From IMG/VR virus record IMGVR_UViG_3300036893_000033, positions 1 through 64,000 of that record: a stretch of 64,000 nucleotides of DNA; one strand, written 5' to 3'. Of this stretch, positions 35,840 through 45,509 are shown one piece after another (position 1 is the first letter of the stretch; the number at the start of each line of letters is the position of its first letter). The position numbers were made by a program, and so were the translations under genes. This stretch comes from a virus. Under the pieces are notes generated by a model. It made no database searches, was not told where the DNA came from, and saw only the letters and a list, made by a program, of their open reading frames with translations.

Positions 35840-38800
35840 ATGCGTCTCATTCAGGCTCCGATAGTTCGTAACATCGCCCCACTGGCCAATGCCGTTGCGA
35901 ACGGCGCCCGTCGCATGGCGAATGGCCTGTTCCGCCCGCCTCCATCCACCATCGCGGGGGTAGATTCCCGCAACTGGCCGTCAGCGTTGCAGCCGATACA
36001 GCCGATGGGGCCGCCAGGCTCGCAGCCGTTGGGGATGAATTTCTTCTACGGGCAGAATCTGGTTTATACGCCGAGGCCGGATGCTGAGTACACGGCGGCT
36101 CAACTTAAGACCCTTTCGCAATACCCACTAGCCCGCATCTGTATTGAGAACGTCAAAGACACGATCTGCTACCTGCCGTGGCGCATCCAACTGAAGCCGG
36201 TTGCTGGCGAGATGCACACCGACCGCGCTAAGCGCGCCATGAGGGACAAGAACATCGGCAGACTGACCGGGCTGTTCGAGTGCCCCGATGGCCAGCAGCC
36301 GTGGTCGCAGTGGTTGAGGCCATTCCTTGATGCGATGCTCGTTACCGACAGCGCATGTTTCGCCGTGGAGCGCGGCAGTAGGGGCGGCATTCCGCGCCTC
36401 AAGGTGCTCCTGAGTAGTGATTCCATTGCGCGTTATATTGACGACACTGGGTTCACGCCGGAGCCTCCAAGCCCTGCATATAGTCAGCTCTGGGACGGGA
36501 TTCCAAGGATCGATTGCACTACGGATCAGCTATTTTACGTGCCCCGAAACATCGCTCCGCGCAACACAATGTCGAGCGCGCTCTACGGATTCGGCAGCGT
36601 CGAGCAACTCGCCAAACTCATCGAGATCGGCATAGCTCGCCTCATTTTCGTATATGCGTACTATCGCTCTGGCAGCATCCCCGACATGCTCCATATCGCC
36701 CCCGCCGACGTGACCGCCAAAGAGGCCACCGAGGCGATGCAGTGGATGAACTCAGAACTGTCCGGGCAACTCGATACCCGCCGTGGGTACCGCGTCATTC
36801 AGGGATTTCAGCGGGACGGAAAACAGGAGCAGATCCTATTCCCGAAGGAACCGCTGCTGACTGACCTGTTCGACGACTACCTGATCCATCAGATTTCGTT
36901 CGGGATTGGATGCTCAGCACAACGACTCCTGAAATCGATGAACCGCGCATCAGCTGTCGCGGCTCAGGACGCCGCCGAAGAAGAAGGCACGGCCCCGTAC
37001 GTCCAGTGGCTCCAGGCACAGCTAAACTTCTTCATCCAGCGCAGGCTAGGCTACCCGGAGTACGAAATCTCCTTCGACCCCCAAATGGAACTGGACGGCC
37101 TCAAGCAAATGGAGATCGACACCGGCTACGTCAAGAGCGGCATCTACACGATCAACGAACGCCGGGAGCTCAGAGGCGACGATCCACGCGCTGAGCCACA
37201 GGCGGACCAACTCGGGGCGTTGACGCCTAACGGCTGGCTTGCCATCGGAGCGCCCCCCGCAAACTCAGACGACCCTAAGCCGAAACCACAAGTAGCGCCA
37301 CCTGAACCCGCCCGCTCCCGCAAGTCCAGCAGGGTCATCCTGGTCGAGCGCGGCGACCCCATGCCGATGTTTGTGCCGGGGACCCAGGTCGAGAAGGTCT
37401 GGTCGATACCTTCGGGTAAGGTGTTTGACGCGGTGCCGGTTGACGAGGATGCGCCGTTGATGCTCCGTGGCCTCGAGAAGTATTCCTACGGGAGTACGCA
37501 GGTAGACATCGCCCCTGCCAGTGACGCAGGCATGAAGCTAGCCGCACTGCGGGCGTCCATCGATAAATCGCATTTGATGGCGAAGGGACTGGAGAATACC
37601 CCCCACATAACGGTTCGTTATGGCTTCAAGGGCGACACCGCCGCCATCCGTAAGCATCTCCGCGATATGCCGCCGTTCAATATCGCCTTCGGCAAGGTAG
37701 CGGCATTCGATCCGACCGCCAACAGCGATGACGCCGCGCCATTGCACGTTGAGGTTGAGTCTTCGGATCTGGCATCCATCAACGCATCCATCGTGGCACA
37801 CGGCGACTGGAAGAAAGCCGACTTCGAGTATCACCCGCACGCCACCATCGCCTACGTAAATCCAGACAATGCAGCGTCGTATGTGGAGTCCATGAGCACC
37901 GCCATGGCGGGCCTGACATACAACGTAACCGCGATCACAATCAGCCCCAGGGACGGTGATCCAGAGCGCGTGGAACTGTTGGGCGTTCCCGCTGCGCTGA
38001 AGACGGCCAAGGGTGACGGGACAGACCCCTTCACCGACCGCGCACCGCAACCCGTTACCGTCTCCACGCCGGCGATCTCAGCCGAAGCTGATCCGACCTC
38101 CGAAGCCAGCAACGATCCTGCGGATGACGCCAGCACAAAACACCTGAAGCTTCAGATGAAGCAGGATGTCCACAAGTGGCTTACTGGCATCAAGTCAGGC
38201 GTTATCACCAGAATCTCCAGCGTCAAGAAAATCTCCAGAGGCAAACTCCGCAAAGACGACCAGCGCGATATGATCCTGTACGCCGCGTTGGACTACGAAG
38301 TCTTCGAACTGCCGTCTATCGTGGAGGAAACTTTGTACGAAGCCGCGCACTCAGGTGCGCTCCGTGGATTGTCGCAAGTGCAGGCCGTGTCTTCGGTGAA
38401 CATCGGCACACAGCAGCAACTGGCGCGCGAGTTTGCACAGGATCGCGCCGCCGAGATGGTCGGCATGAAGTGGGTGGACGGGGAGCTGGTGGCTAATCCG
38501 AATGCCGCGTGGAGTATCGACGCGACCACGCGGGAGGCGATCCGCAAGGCGGTCACGGATGCTTTCTCGGCGGAGACGAAGATGACCGACCTCATCCAGG
38601 CCATCAAGGACCTGGACACGTTCGATGAGGCGCGAGCGGAGAATATCGCTGTCACCGAGGTTCACAACGCGCAGTCGGCGGGAAATTACGCCGCTTGGGA
38701 GCAGACTGGGGTGGTGTTGGCTACGAAGATCGTATGCTCTAGTCTTGGACCGTGTAAGATATGCGCAGCTAACGAAGCAGCAGGGTCGGTGCCGTTTGGC

Positions 38801-38887
38801 CAGAAGTTTCCGTCGGGACATGTCCGACCGCCATTTCATCTGGGTGGATGTCGCTGTATACAGACCGGGACTGAGTTTAAGAAGTAG
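35840..38887 (+). CDS. Portal protein fused to a 2H-phosphoesterase domain and a MuF-like head morphogenesis domain
   Basis: Portal motifs (LYGFGSVEQ, GSIPD, GIYTINERRELRG); HITV and HATI 2H motifs; RAENIAVTEV...PPFHLGGCRC. Confidence 0.88.
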   Translation: MRLIQAPIVRNIAPLANAVANGARRMANGLFRPPPSTIAGVDSRNWPSALQPIQPMGPPGSQPLGMNFFYGQNLVYTPRPDAEYTAAQLKTLSQYPLARICIENVKDTICYLPWRIQLKPVAGEMHTDRAKRAMRDKNIGRLTGLFECPDGQQPWSQWLRPFLDAMLVTDSACFAVERGSRGGIPRLKVLLSSDSIARYIDDTGFTPEPPSPAYSQLWDGIPRIDCTTDQLFYVPRNIAPRNTMSSALYGFGSVEQLAKLIEIGIARLIFVYAYYRSGSIPDMLHIAPADVTAKEATEAMQWMNSELSGQLDTRRGYRVIQGFQRDGKQEQILFPKEPLLTDLFDDYLIHQISFGIGCSAQRLLKSMNRASAVAAQDAAEEEGTAPYVQWLQAQLNFFIQRRLGYPEYEISFDPQMELDGLKQMEIDTGYVKSGIYTINERRELRGDDPRAEPQADQLGALTPNGWLAIGAPPANSDDPKPKPQVAPPEPARSRKSSRVILVERGDPMPMFVPGTQVEKVWSIPSGKVFDAVPVDEDAPLMLRGLEKYSYGSTQVDIAPASDAGMKLAALRASIDKSHLMAKGLENTPHITVRYGFKGDTAAIRKHLRDMPPFNIAFGKVAAFDPTANSDDAAPLHVEVESSDLASINASIVAHGDWKKADFEYHPHATIAYVNPDNAASYVESMSTAMAGLTYNVTAITISPRDGDPERVELLGVPAALKTAKGDGTDPFTDRAPQPVTVSTPAISAEADPTSEASNDPADDASTKHLKLQMKQDVHKWLTGIKSGVITRISSVKKISRGKLRKDDQRDMILYAALDYEVFELPSIVEETLYEAAHSGALRGLSQVQAVSSVNIGTQQQLAREFAQDRAAEMVGMKWVDGELVANPNAAWSIDATTREAIRKAVTDAFSAETKMTDLIQAIKDLDTFDEARAENIAVTEVHNAQSAGNYAAWEQTGVVLATKIVCSSLGPCKICAANEAAGSVPFGQKFPSGHVRPPFHLGGCRCIQTGTEFKK

Positions 38888-39116
38888 TGGTTTTCGGCGT
38901 TATCGGCTGTAATGCTGGTGGCCGCTCCCGTGACCCGCTGAACTTCCCATCGATCCATCCCATCACGATTCGCGTCAATGTCGATGTCAAGACCATCGGT
39001 CTGCTCATCTCAGGAACGAATCGCAGATAGTTCCCGGTTCCGTCCGCAAGCAGCGACTGGATGCGCTCCATGTCTCGTTGAGTGGGGATGTCGCGGTTGC
39101 TGAGCAGGATGGTCAT
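38877..39116 (-). CDS. Hypothetical protein
   Basis: ATGA-coupled to the Ntn-hydrolase gene. Confidence 0.5.
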   Translation of the reverse strand: MTILLSNRDIPTQRDMERIQSLLADGTGNYLRFVPEMSRPMVLTSTLTRIVMGWIDGKFSGSRERPPALQPITPKTTTS

Positions 39117-39646
39117 ATACTCTCCACCACAAACGGCCCCCGCACCATGCAGTTATGCCGCTCCGCAGCCTGAAGCGCGACCGTTATCCGCGCCGCTGGC
39201 TCCATCCCATGCGTAGCAAACAACGCCCCACGCGCCAGTGCATGTCCCGACCCGCAGGCGTCGTACCCGTCCAGCGGTTCCTCCACCTGATAATCGCCAT
39301 CAATGAGAAACAGTCTTCCCTGATAGCCGATCAGGAACGTCCCTCCGCTCTCGACTTCCTTGTCCTTCGAAGCCATACCGGCCTCCTTCAGGCAGGCTCG
39401 CACCGCATCCACGAACGTCGTCACCATGTAGGAAAAAATCTCCTGATCGTGGCGCTCTGGCGGTTGGAATTTGTAACGGAGAACCTGCCCCATGCGGAAG
39501 CTGGAGGTGAACCCGAACAGGAAGTCTCCGTTGCGGAATATCTTCGGGTCGGCACGGAGCGTTAAATCTGGACCACAGGAACCCGCGCTGTCGCCGCCGA
39601 TCCAGACCCTGCCGTCTGTGTGGATGAAGCCTGCTATGGCGGTCAA
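39113..39646 (-). CDS. HslV/proteasome-type Ntn-hydrolase family protein
   Basis: N-terminal (M)TAIAG...IGGDSAG; ACGSG..LARGAL; VRGPF. Confidence 0.8.
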   Translation of the reverse strand: MTAIAGFIHTDGRVWIGGDSAGSCGPDLTLRADPKIFRNGDFLFGFTSSFRMGQVLRYKFQPPERHDQEIFSYMVTTFVDAVRACLKEAGMASKDKEVESGGTFLIGYQGRLFLIDGDYQVEEPLDGYDACGSGHALARGALFATHGMEPAARITVALQAAERHNCMVRGPFVVESI

Positions 39647-39900
39647 TCAGCGGACCCCATGAACCTCGGGGCCAGCGGTTCCGTGGCTGGCTTCAGTCCC
39701 AGCGCCGACCCCTCCGCAGTAAATCGCTTGTCCCGCTCAGCCAACAGCGCGTCCGCACGCTCAGCGGCAAGCTGCGCAGAGCGATCCTTGACATTGTCTA
39801 GCATTTCCCCGTTCGGACCTACCCTAATGAAGGTGCATTCTGAGGCGTGCGCAGCGAACCTATCCCACGCCTGCTGGCGGGCGATGTCGAAGTCGGTCAC
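39643..39900 (-). CDS. Hypothetical protein
   Basis: Coupled ORF. Confidence 0.55.
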   Translation of the reverse strand: MTDFDIARQQAWDRFAAHASECTFIRVGPNGEMLDNVKDRSAQLAAERADALLAERDKRFTAEGSALGLKPATEPLAPRFMGSAD

Positions 39901-40103
39901 CTGCCACCGCCCCCTTCAATAAAAGCGTCCACGTCTTCTGGTCTGTAGCGAACGGACGCGCCGATCTTGATGAATTTCGGGGGCATGTCGAGCCTCCGTC
40001 TCTTCCTGATCGCAGCAAGCGAGAGGCACAGCAAGTCCGACACTTCTTCCTCTGTCATCAGACGCCACGACCTCGTCTTTCCTGGTTCTCCCGTCTTCGC
40101 CAT
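39897..40103 (-). CDS. AlpA/excisionase-like HTH protein
   Basis: LMTEEEVSDLL.LS...RKRR...PKFIKIGASVRYRPEDVDAFI. Confidence 0.85.
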   Translation of the reverse strand: MAKTGEPGKTRSWRLMTEEEVSDLLCLSLAAIRKRRRLDMPPKFIKIGASVRYRPEDVDAFIEGGGGR

Positions 40104-40211
40104 TAACAACAGCCTACCAAAAATGAGATACACGCCGCTACTGGTGGTTATGTATGAATGTCATTTTTACGGCACTTGCCTGGGAATAACATCGCATGAC
40201 AACACTAAACA

Positions 40212-42086
40212 TTGATGAAGGAATTTCGCAAGACAGTCACCATCACCGACGTTGTTGACGGACCCGATGGACTCGCGACCGCTTACGGGATCATGACCGC
40301 CGAAAAGGTGGACAAGGATAACGAGCGCTGCATCTACGACTGGCAGGTGCCTTTAACGAAGGCTTGGTCGAACGAAATATTTGAGTCCACCACGCTGGCA
40401 GGTCAAGAGCCGTCCCTCGGAAACGTTCGCCTCATGCACGCTGGCGTGATTGCCGGGAAGGTCCAGAAGATGGACTTCGACGACGCCGCAAAGGCCATTA
40501 AGATCGGTGCTCAGGCCGCTAACGCTGAGATCAGCGACATGCTGCGGCGAGGCTTGGTCACTGGATTTTCTCAGGCCGGGCGCTACACCAAGAAGTCTAC
40601 AATTTGTTGCTCTGCCGATCCACAGGAAGACGAAAAAACGGGCGTAGTGTCGTGCAGTAAGTGCAAAAAGGCAAACCCCGTTGTGGACTACGCAGCCAAA
40701 ATCTCCGAAGTCTCCTTCGTAGACAACCCCTGCCTCGACGCCGCCCACTTCGACTCCGTGAAGTCCGCCAGTTTCCGTTACCAGAAAGCAAACGGCTCCA
40801 GCGAGATGCGCAAGTTCTCCGTGGACGTACAGAAGTCCGAAAAAACCAAGCGAGTAGCCGGTGAAGACCTCCCCGCCAGCGCCTTCGCCTACGTAGGCGA
40901 CGAAACCGACACGGGCACCTGGAAGTTCCCGATCAAATTCTCAACCCCGGCGTTAACGAAGTCCCATCTCCGCAACGCACTGGCCCGCTTCGACCAGGCC
41001 AAAGGCATCCCCGAATCCGAACGCGAGACCGTGAAGGCGAAAATAACCGCCGCCGCCCGCGCCGCAGGCATCGAGGTGTCCGCCGACAAGATGGTCGCAG
41101 CGGTAACGGCGAAATTCTCGGAAGCAGTCACCAGGAGCGCGGCGAAGCACAACCTTAAAAAGGGGCTGTACGACGTATCCCGCTTCGCACAGATCCTTCA
41201 GGATCTCGCGTACCTCTGGCGGTCCAGCATCGCCGAAGAGGAGTACGAGGGTGACGACTCCGAAATGCCCGATATGCTCCGCGATCACGTGGAGCAGTTG
41301 GCCGACAGTCTCGTAACGATGTGCGCCGAAGAGGCCGCAGAGCTGATTCCCGCTGCTAAAGCAGTCATACCGGTGGCTACCAAGACCGCCGAACCCAACA
41401 CAGGAGCAAAAAAAATGAACGAAGAAATGCTGAAGGCGGCGAAAAAGGGTCTCGCGGCTCACTTCAAGAAAATGGGCGCGCACTTCGGAAAGTGCGCCGA
41501 CATGCACGAAAAAATGGCAGCGTCTCATGGCGAGATGAAGGAAGCATGCAAGGCCATGATGGAGCACCACAAGGGCGAGGTAGGCAAGGCCGACGGCGAA
41601 ACCTCGGCTGGCCCCAAGGCGCAGATGGCGTTCTGCAAGGCGCAGATGGAACACCACACCGATAAGGAAGCTCACCACGAAAAAATGGGCAAGGCCATGG
41701 ACGCGATGGCCGATCACGCGCACGCAATGGCGAGCGGCATGGACTACGACTCCGACGCTGGTAAGGCTGCTCTCGCACAGGTCTGCAAAGACGTGGACGC
41801 TGAGATGGCAAAGTCCGCTGAGCCGGATGTCGCCGCCGCCGTGAGTGAGGCGATCAAGGGCATGCAGAAGGGGTACGACGCGAAGATTGACGCGCTGACC
41901 GCACTGGTTGACAAACTCACCGCAGTCGGCACGCCCAACAATCCGGTGCTCCCCATCGGCCAGGCGGTCAAGGGTACTGGCACGGACGGATTCCCTCGCG
42001 GAGTTGGACTGCAACTGATCAAGCGTGACGGCAGCGGAACTCCGACGTCGGAACCCGACGCCGAAGACGGATCGGTCGGGCTTTAA
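40212..42086 (+). CDS. Prohead protease / scaffold fusion
   Basis: GNVRLMH, VTGFSQAGRY, EVSFVDNPC; DLPASAFAY...KFPI...RNALARF insert; His/Met-rich helical C-terminus. Confidence 0.85.
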   Translation: MMKEFRKTVTITDVVDGPDGLATAYGIMTAEKVDKDNERCIYDWQVPLTKAWSNEIFESTTLAGQEPSLGNVRLMHAGVIAGKVQKMDFDDAAKAIKIGAQAANAEISDMLRRGLVTGFSQAGRYTKKSTICCSADPQEDEKTGVVSCSKCKKANPVVDYAAKISEVSFVDNPCLDAAHFDSVKSASFRYQKANGSSEMRKFSVDVQKSEKTKRVAGEDLPASAFAYVGDETDTGTWKFPIKFSTPALTKSHLRNALARFDQAKGIPESERETVKAKITAAARAAGIEVSADKMVAAVTAKFSEAVTRSAAKHNLKKGLYDVSRFAQILQDLAYLWRSSIAEEEYEGDDSEMPDMLRDHVEQLADSLVTMCAEEAAELIPAAKAVIPVATKTAEPNTGAKKMNEEMLKAAKKGLAAHFKKMGAHFGKCADMHEKMAASHGEMKEACKAMMEHHKGEVGKADGETSAGPKAQMAFCKAQMEHHTDKEAHHEKMGKAMDAMADHAHAMASGMDYDSDAGKAALAQVCKDVDAEMAKSAEPDVAAAVSEAIKGMQKGYDAKIDALTALVDKLTAVGTPNNPVLPIGQAVKGTGTDGFPRGVGLQLIKRDGSGTPTSEPDAEDGSVGL

Positions 42087-42126
42087 AATTCGGGCTGTCA
42101 ACTAGGCCAATAAAACAGGAGAAAAT

Positions 42127-43980
42127 ATGAGCCGCATGATGATTAAGGCTGGGGCGACACTCGACGACAACGGGTACAAAACCCTAAGCAACTGGACGGC
42201 GAACTTCTACAAGAAGTCGCTGCGCAACTACCTGGAGCACGGCGAAAAGACCACGTTTGAGGCCGACATCCTCAAGTACAAGCGCGGTCGCAGCAGCCAC
42301 TGCGCCTACGGCCCCGTCACCGAGATGCAGCCCATGCCGGGGACGCAGCAGAAGTGGGAGCAACTGGAAACCGAGAAGTTCGCGCGCTTCGAGTTCGCGA
42401 GCAAGATTATCCAGAAGATGTTCCACCACCAGAACAAGGAGTTCGGGCTGGAGAAATCGGGAGGCGTCACCAGCGCCCTCGGCTTCAACTTCTACGATCT
42501 CCGTGGACCGGCTCTCATCCTGGCCCCCATCAACGTACCGTTCCGCAACTCCATCCCGCGCGTGGGCCGCGTCAACGACGGCTACGGTACCGCGGCGAAC
42601 TGGAAGGCGTCCCGTAACCTCGGGCAGAACTACGGCGGCGTGGCCGAAGGTCAGCGCAACGCGACACAAACTCCCGACGAGATCGACTACACCGCGACGT
42701 ACAAGCAGATCGGTAATGAGCGTGCGGTGACGACCTCGGCGGAATTCGCGTCTGAAGGTTACAGCGCACAGCTTGGCGATGAGCATGTTCGCGGCATGTT
42801 GTCCCTGTGGCTCTCAGAAGAGGCCATTAACATCCACGGCAACAGCGGCACGGCGGCCACCGGCGGCTACGCGCTCGGTACGGCAACCACGCCTACCATC
42901 GCGACCGCGACCGGCACGTCCACCTTTGGCGGAGCAACTCCCGTATCTGTGGCTTGCGTGTATATGACCGCCATGGGTAACCCCTCGAACAATCAGTACG
43001 GTTACATGACCAATCTTGTCGCGAACGCCAACACGGTCACTGGTGGCCTGGTACCCAATACCGTTCGCACAAACGCCGACGGATCGGTTATCACCGTACC
43101 CGGCGGCATCAGCGCCATCAGCGCGATGTCCTCGGTTGTAACTCCCAGCGGCACTACTCAGGTAGCCGTGGCCACCGTCCCTGCTGGCACGAAGGGTGTC
43201 TATGGATACGCCTGGTACGTGAACGTCACCGACGCCTCCGCGCCGTCGCTTGCAAACGCCAAGCTGGCCGCGATTACTCAGTTCCCTACTTACACGATCA
43301 CCTCTGCCACTATTGCTGGCACGCAAACCGGTAACGCCACTGGCCTCAATACCGACAACAGCTACAGCCAGTACGACTACACCGGGTTGATGGGATTTGC
43401 GGCGGGCACCGCTGGTTCTTACTACAAGGATCTCGGCGGCGGAACCCTCACCCCCACCAAGACAGGCAAGATCGTTGAGATCGAGACCGCCCTCCAGACC
43501 ATGTACCTGAACTACCAGACCGGCATCAATGCCATCTGGGGTTCGCAGGACGCCATCGAAGCCGTTGACCTTGCTTCCCGCTGGGGTGGGTCGAACGGAC
43601 AGGCGCAGCAGTTCTTCTTTAACGGCGGCGCTGGCGAAGGTGGCCGCAATCTGGTTGTCGCCGGCTACGCGGTGACCGGTTACCAGTCGCGGTACGCTGC
43701 CGCTAACGAACTTGGCGCGCAGGTGATCCCGCTGCGCATCCACCCGATGATCCCTCCGGGCACGCTGTTCTTCGATATTTCGGAACTGCCTGCCGGGTAT
43801 GAGAACAGCCGCCTGCCGTACCTCCGGGCGATGCTCACGCGGCGCGATTACCACTCCTACGAATGGCCGATGGTCACCCGCCAGTGGACGTTCGGAACCT
43901 ACGCGGAACAGGTGCTGGCGCACAATATGCCCTGGAGTTGCGGGGTAATCACCGGCATTGCCGGCGCGAACCTGAGTTAA
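42127..43980 (+). CDS. Major capsid protein with large Thr/Gly-rich insertion
   Basis: Position after the protease; AGGAG RBS; FYDL...PFRNSIPRV, IHPMIPPGT, YHSYEWP. Confidence 0.85.
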   Translation: MSRMMIKAGATLDDNGYKTLSNWTANFYKKSLRNYLEHGEKTTFEADILKYKRGRSSHCAYGPVTEMQPMPGTQQKWEQLETEKFARFEFASKIIQKMFHHQNKEFGLEKSGGVTSALGFNFYDLRGPALILAPINVPFRNSIPRVGRVNDGYGTAANWKASRNLGQNYGGVAEGQRNATQTPDEIDYTATYKQIGNERAVTTSAEFASEGYSAQLGDEHVRGMLSLWLSEEAINIHGNSGTAATGGYALGTATTPTIATATGTSTFGGATPVSVACVYMTAMGNPSNNQYGYMTNLVANANTVTGGLVPNTVRTNADGSVITVPGGISAISAMSSVVTPSGTTQVAVATVPAGTKGVYGYAWYVNVTDASAPSLANAKLAAITQFPTYTITSATIAGTQTGNATGLNTDNSYSQYDYTGLMGFAAGTAGSYYKDLGGGTLTPTKTGKIVEIETALQTMYLNYQTGINAIWGSQDAIEAVDLASRWGGSNGQAQQFFFNGGAGEGGRNLVVAGYAVTGYQSRYAAANELGAQVIPLRIHPMIPPGTLFFDISELPAGYENSRLPYLRAMLTRRDYHSYEWPMVTRQWTFGTYAEQVLAHNMPWSCGVITGIAGANLS

Positions 43981-44012
43981 CGGTCGGTAACTGACATACA
44001 AGGAGAACGAAC

Positions 44013-45368
44013 ATGCCGACACCAACCCCGAATCTTCAGGTAACGCCGCCGGAAACTCTCGGCGCACTCCAGTCGCAACTGGTTAACGCTCTGGCCGCCG
44101 ACGAGGCCGTAGCGGTAACCACGGTAGCCGGCGGATCTCAGACCCTACAGGGGGCAACGCTCAACACGAAAGTGCTGGCGACCCCTGGCGCTCCGACCAT
44201 TACGACTTCCGGCACCGCAGGCGCAACGACCTACACCTACAAGGTCGTTGCTAAGATCGGCGCGGCCCCGCTGGGCCGCCCCACCGCCGCCTCCGCCGCA
44301 GGGTCCACCACCACCGGCAACGCAACGCTGTCGGCCAGTAACTTCAACATCGTCACCTTCACCTGTGTGCCGTATGCCACCAGCTACGACATCTACCGCA
44401 CCGCTGGTGGCTCGGCGCAGGGCAAGATCGCGAACGTCCTCCAGCCCGCTGCGGTGGTCGCGCAATTCCCGACCAGCCTCAGCTACCAGACCACCGCCAC
44501 CACCGCTGTCCTGAACGACACCGGGCTGGCGGGCGACAGCAGCACAGCGCCCACGGTGAACCTGACCGGTTCCTGTCAGAACGACACTCACGGCGACGTG
44601 AATGTGGTCGCACTATCAGCGCCTTATAACCTGGCGGTAGCAAATGCCGGTACGGCTGGGTCTACGGCTTACACCTATGTCGTATCCGCCGTTGATTCGG
44701 TCGGTGAGGTGCCATGCACGGGCGTGGCCACCGCCACAGGCAATGCCACACTGACCTCCGGCAACTCGAACCTGATTACCTGGAACGACACCCCAGGCGC
44801 TCAGTACTACAACATCTACCGCAGCGCCTCTTCGGGCACGCCCGGCACGACCGGCTTGATCGGCACGGTATACCCGTCCGGTGCAGCGACCTACAGCTTC
44901 AGCGACACCGGCATCGCGGTCATCACAACCCGCGTGCCCACGACCAACACAACTGGCTCCGTCAAGGTTCCCGGCTCGATCTTCTGCTCCGGGCTGGTTC
45001 TTAACGGCCCCACGTCGGCGAACACGACCGCCGGTAACGCAGCCCTCACGGTCGCCAACATGCTGTCGAGCGTGCTCCTGCGCTCCGGCAGCACCACCCC
45101 GACCGATACCACCCCCACCGCCGCCGCCATCATCGGTGGACTGGCTGGTACGGCAGTGGCCAACACCGGCTGGTACTGGCTGGTAAGGAACGCTGGTTCG
45201 GGCACGCAGACGCTCGGACAGGCGGCGACGGGCATCACGTGGGCATCAACGCAGACGAACACGGTCGCGACCGTCAGCGGCCACCTGTTCTACATCTATC
45301 TGACGAATGTGACGCCTGGGTCCGAGGCGATCACGATTTACTCGGTCATCGGGTCAGTAGCGTACTAA
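44013..45368 (+). CDS. Capsid decoration / minor structural protein with two FN3-like repeats
   Basis: Two copies of GTAG.T.YTY.V...GNATL...N.(V/I)T(F/W)...Y.IYR; AAGGAG RBS. Confidence 0.7.
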   Translation: MPTPTPNLQVTPPETLGALQSQLVNALAADEAVAVTTVAGGSQTLQGATLNTKVLATPGAPTITTSGTAGATTYTYKVVAKIGAAPLGRPTAASAAGSTTTGNATLSASNFNIVTFTCVPYATSYDIYRTAGGSAQGKIANVLQPAAVVAQFPTSLSYQTTATTAVLNDTGLAGDSSTAPTVNLTGSCQNDTHGDVNVVALSAPYNLAVANAGTAGSTAYTYVVSAVDSVGEVPCTGVATATGNATLTSGNSNLITWNDTPGAQYYNIYRSASSGTPGTTGLIGTVYPSGAATYSFSDTGIAVITTRVPTTNTTGSVKVPGSIFCSGLVLNGPTSANTTAGNAALTVANMLSSVLLRSGSTTPTDTTPTAAAIIGGLAGTAVANTGWYWLVRNAGSGTQTLGQAATGITWASTQTNTVATVSGHLFYIYLTNVTPGSEAITIYSVIGSVAY

Positions 45369-45423
45369 GGCAGGCTGGAGCGATTCCCACGGCGCGGGGC
45401 AATAATTCCTGGCAGTGGTTTCC

Positions 45424-45465
45424 CGGCGCGGGATTGGGGCAACCCGCCCGCGCCGTTAGTTTTTA
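45424..45465 (+). terminator. Rho-independent terminator after head genes
   Basis: CGGCGCGGG...CCCGCGCCG followed by TTAGTTTTT. Confidence 0.6.
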
Positions 45466-45468
45466 TGA

Positions 45469-45485
45469 TGTCCAGACTCTGGACA
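45469..45485. promoter_or_regulatory. Palindrome copy 2
   Basis: TGTCCAGA-C-TCTGGACA, identical to 3395-3411. Confidence 0.6.
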
Positions 45486-45509
45486 GGTTAAGCGAGATGG
45501 CAGTAAGGT

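Noticed and set aside
40953-44067. Long minus-strand ORFs opposite scaffold and capsid
   Set aside because: Antisense shadows typical of GC-rich coding DNA.
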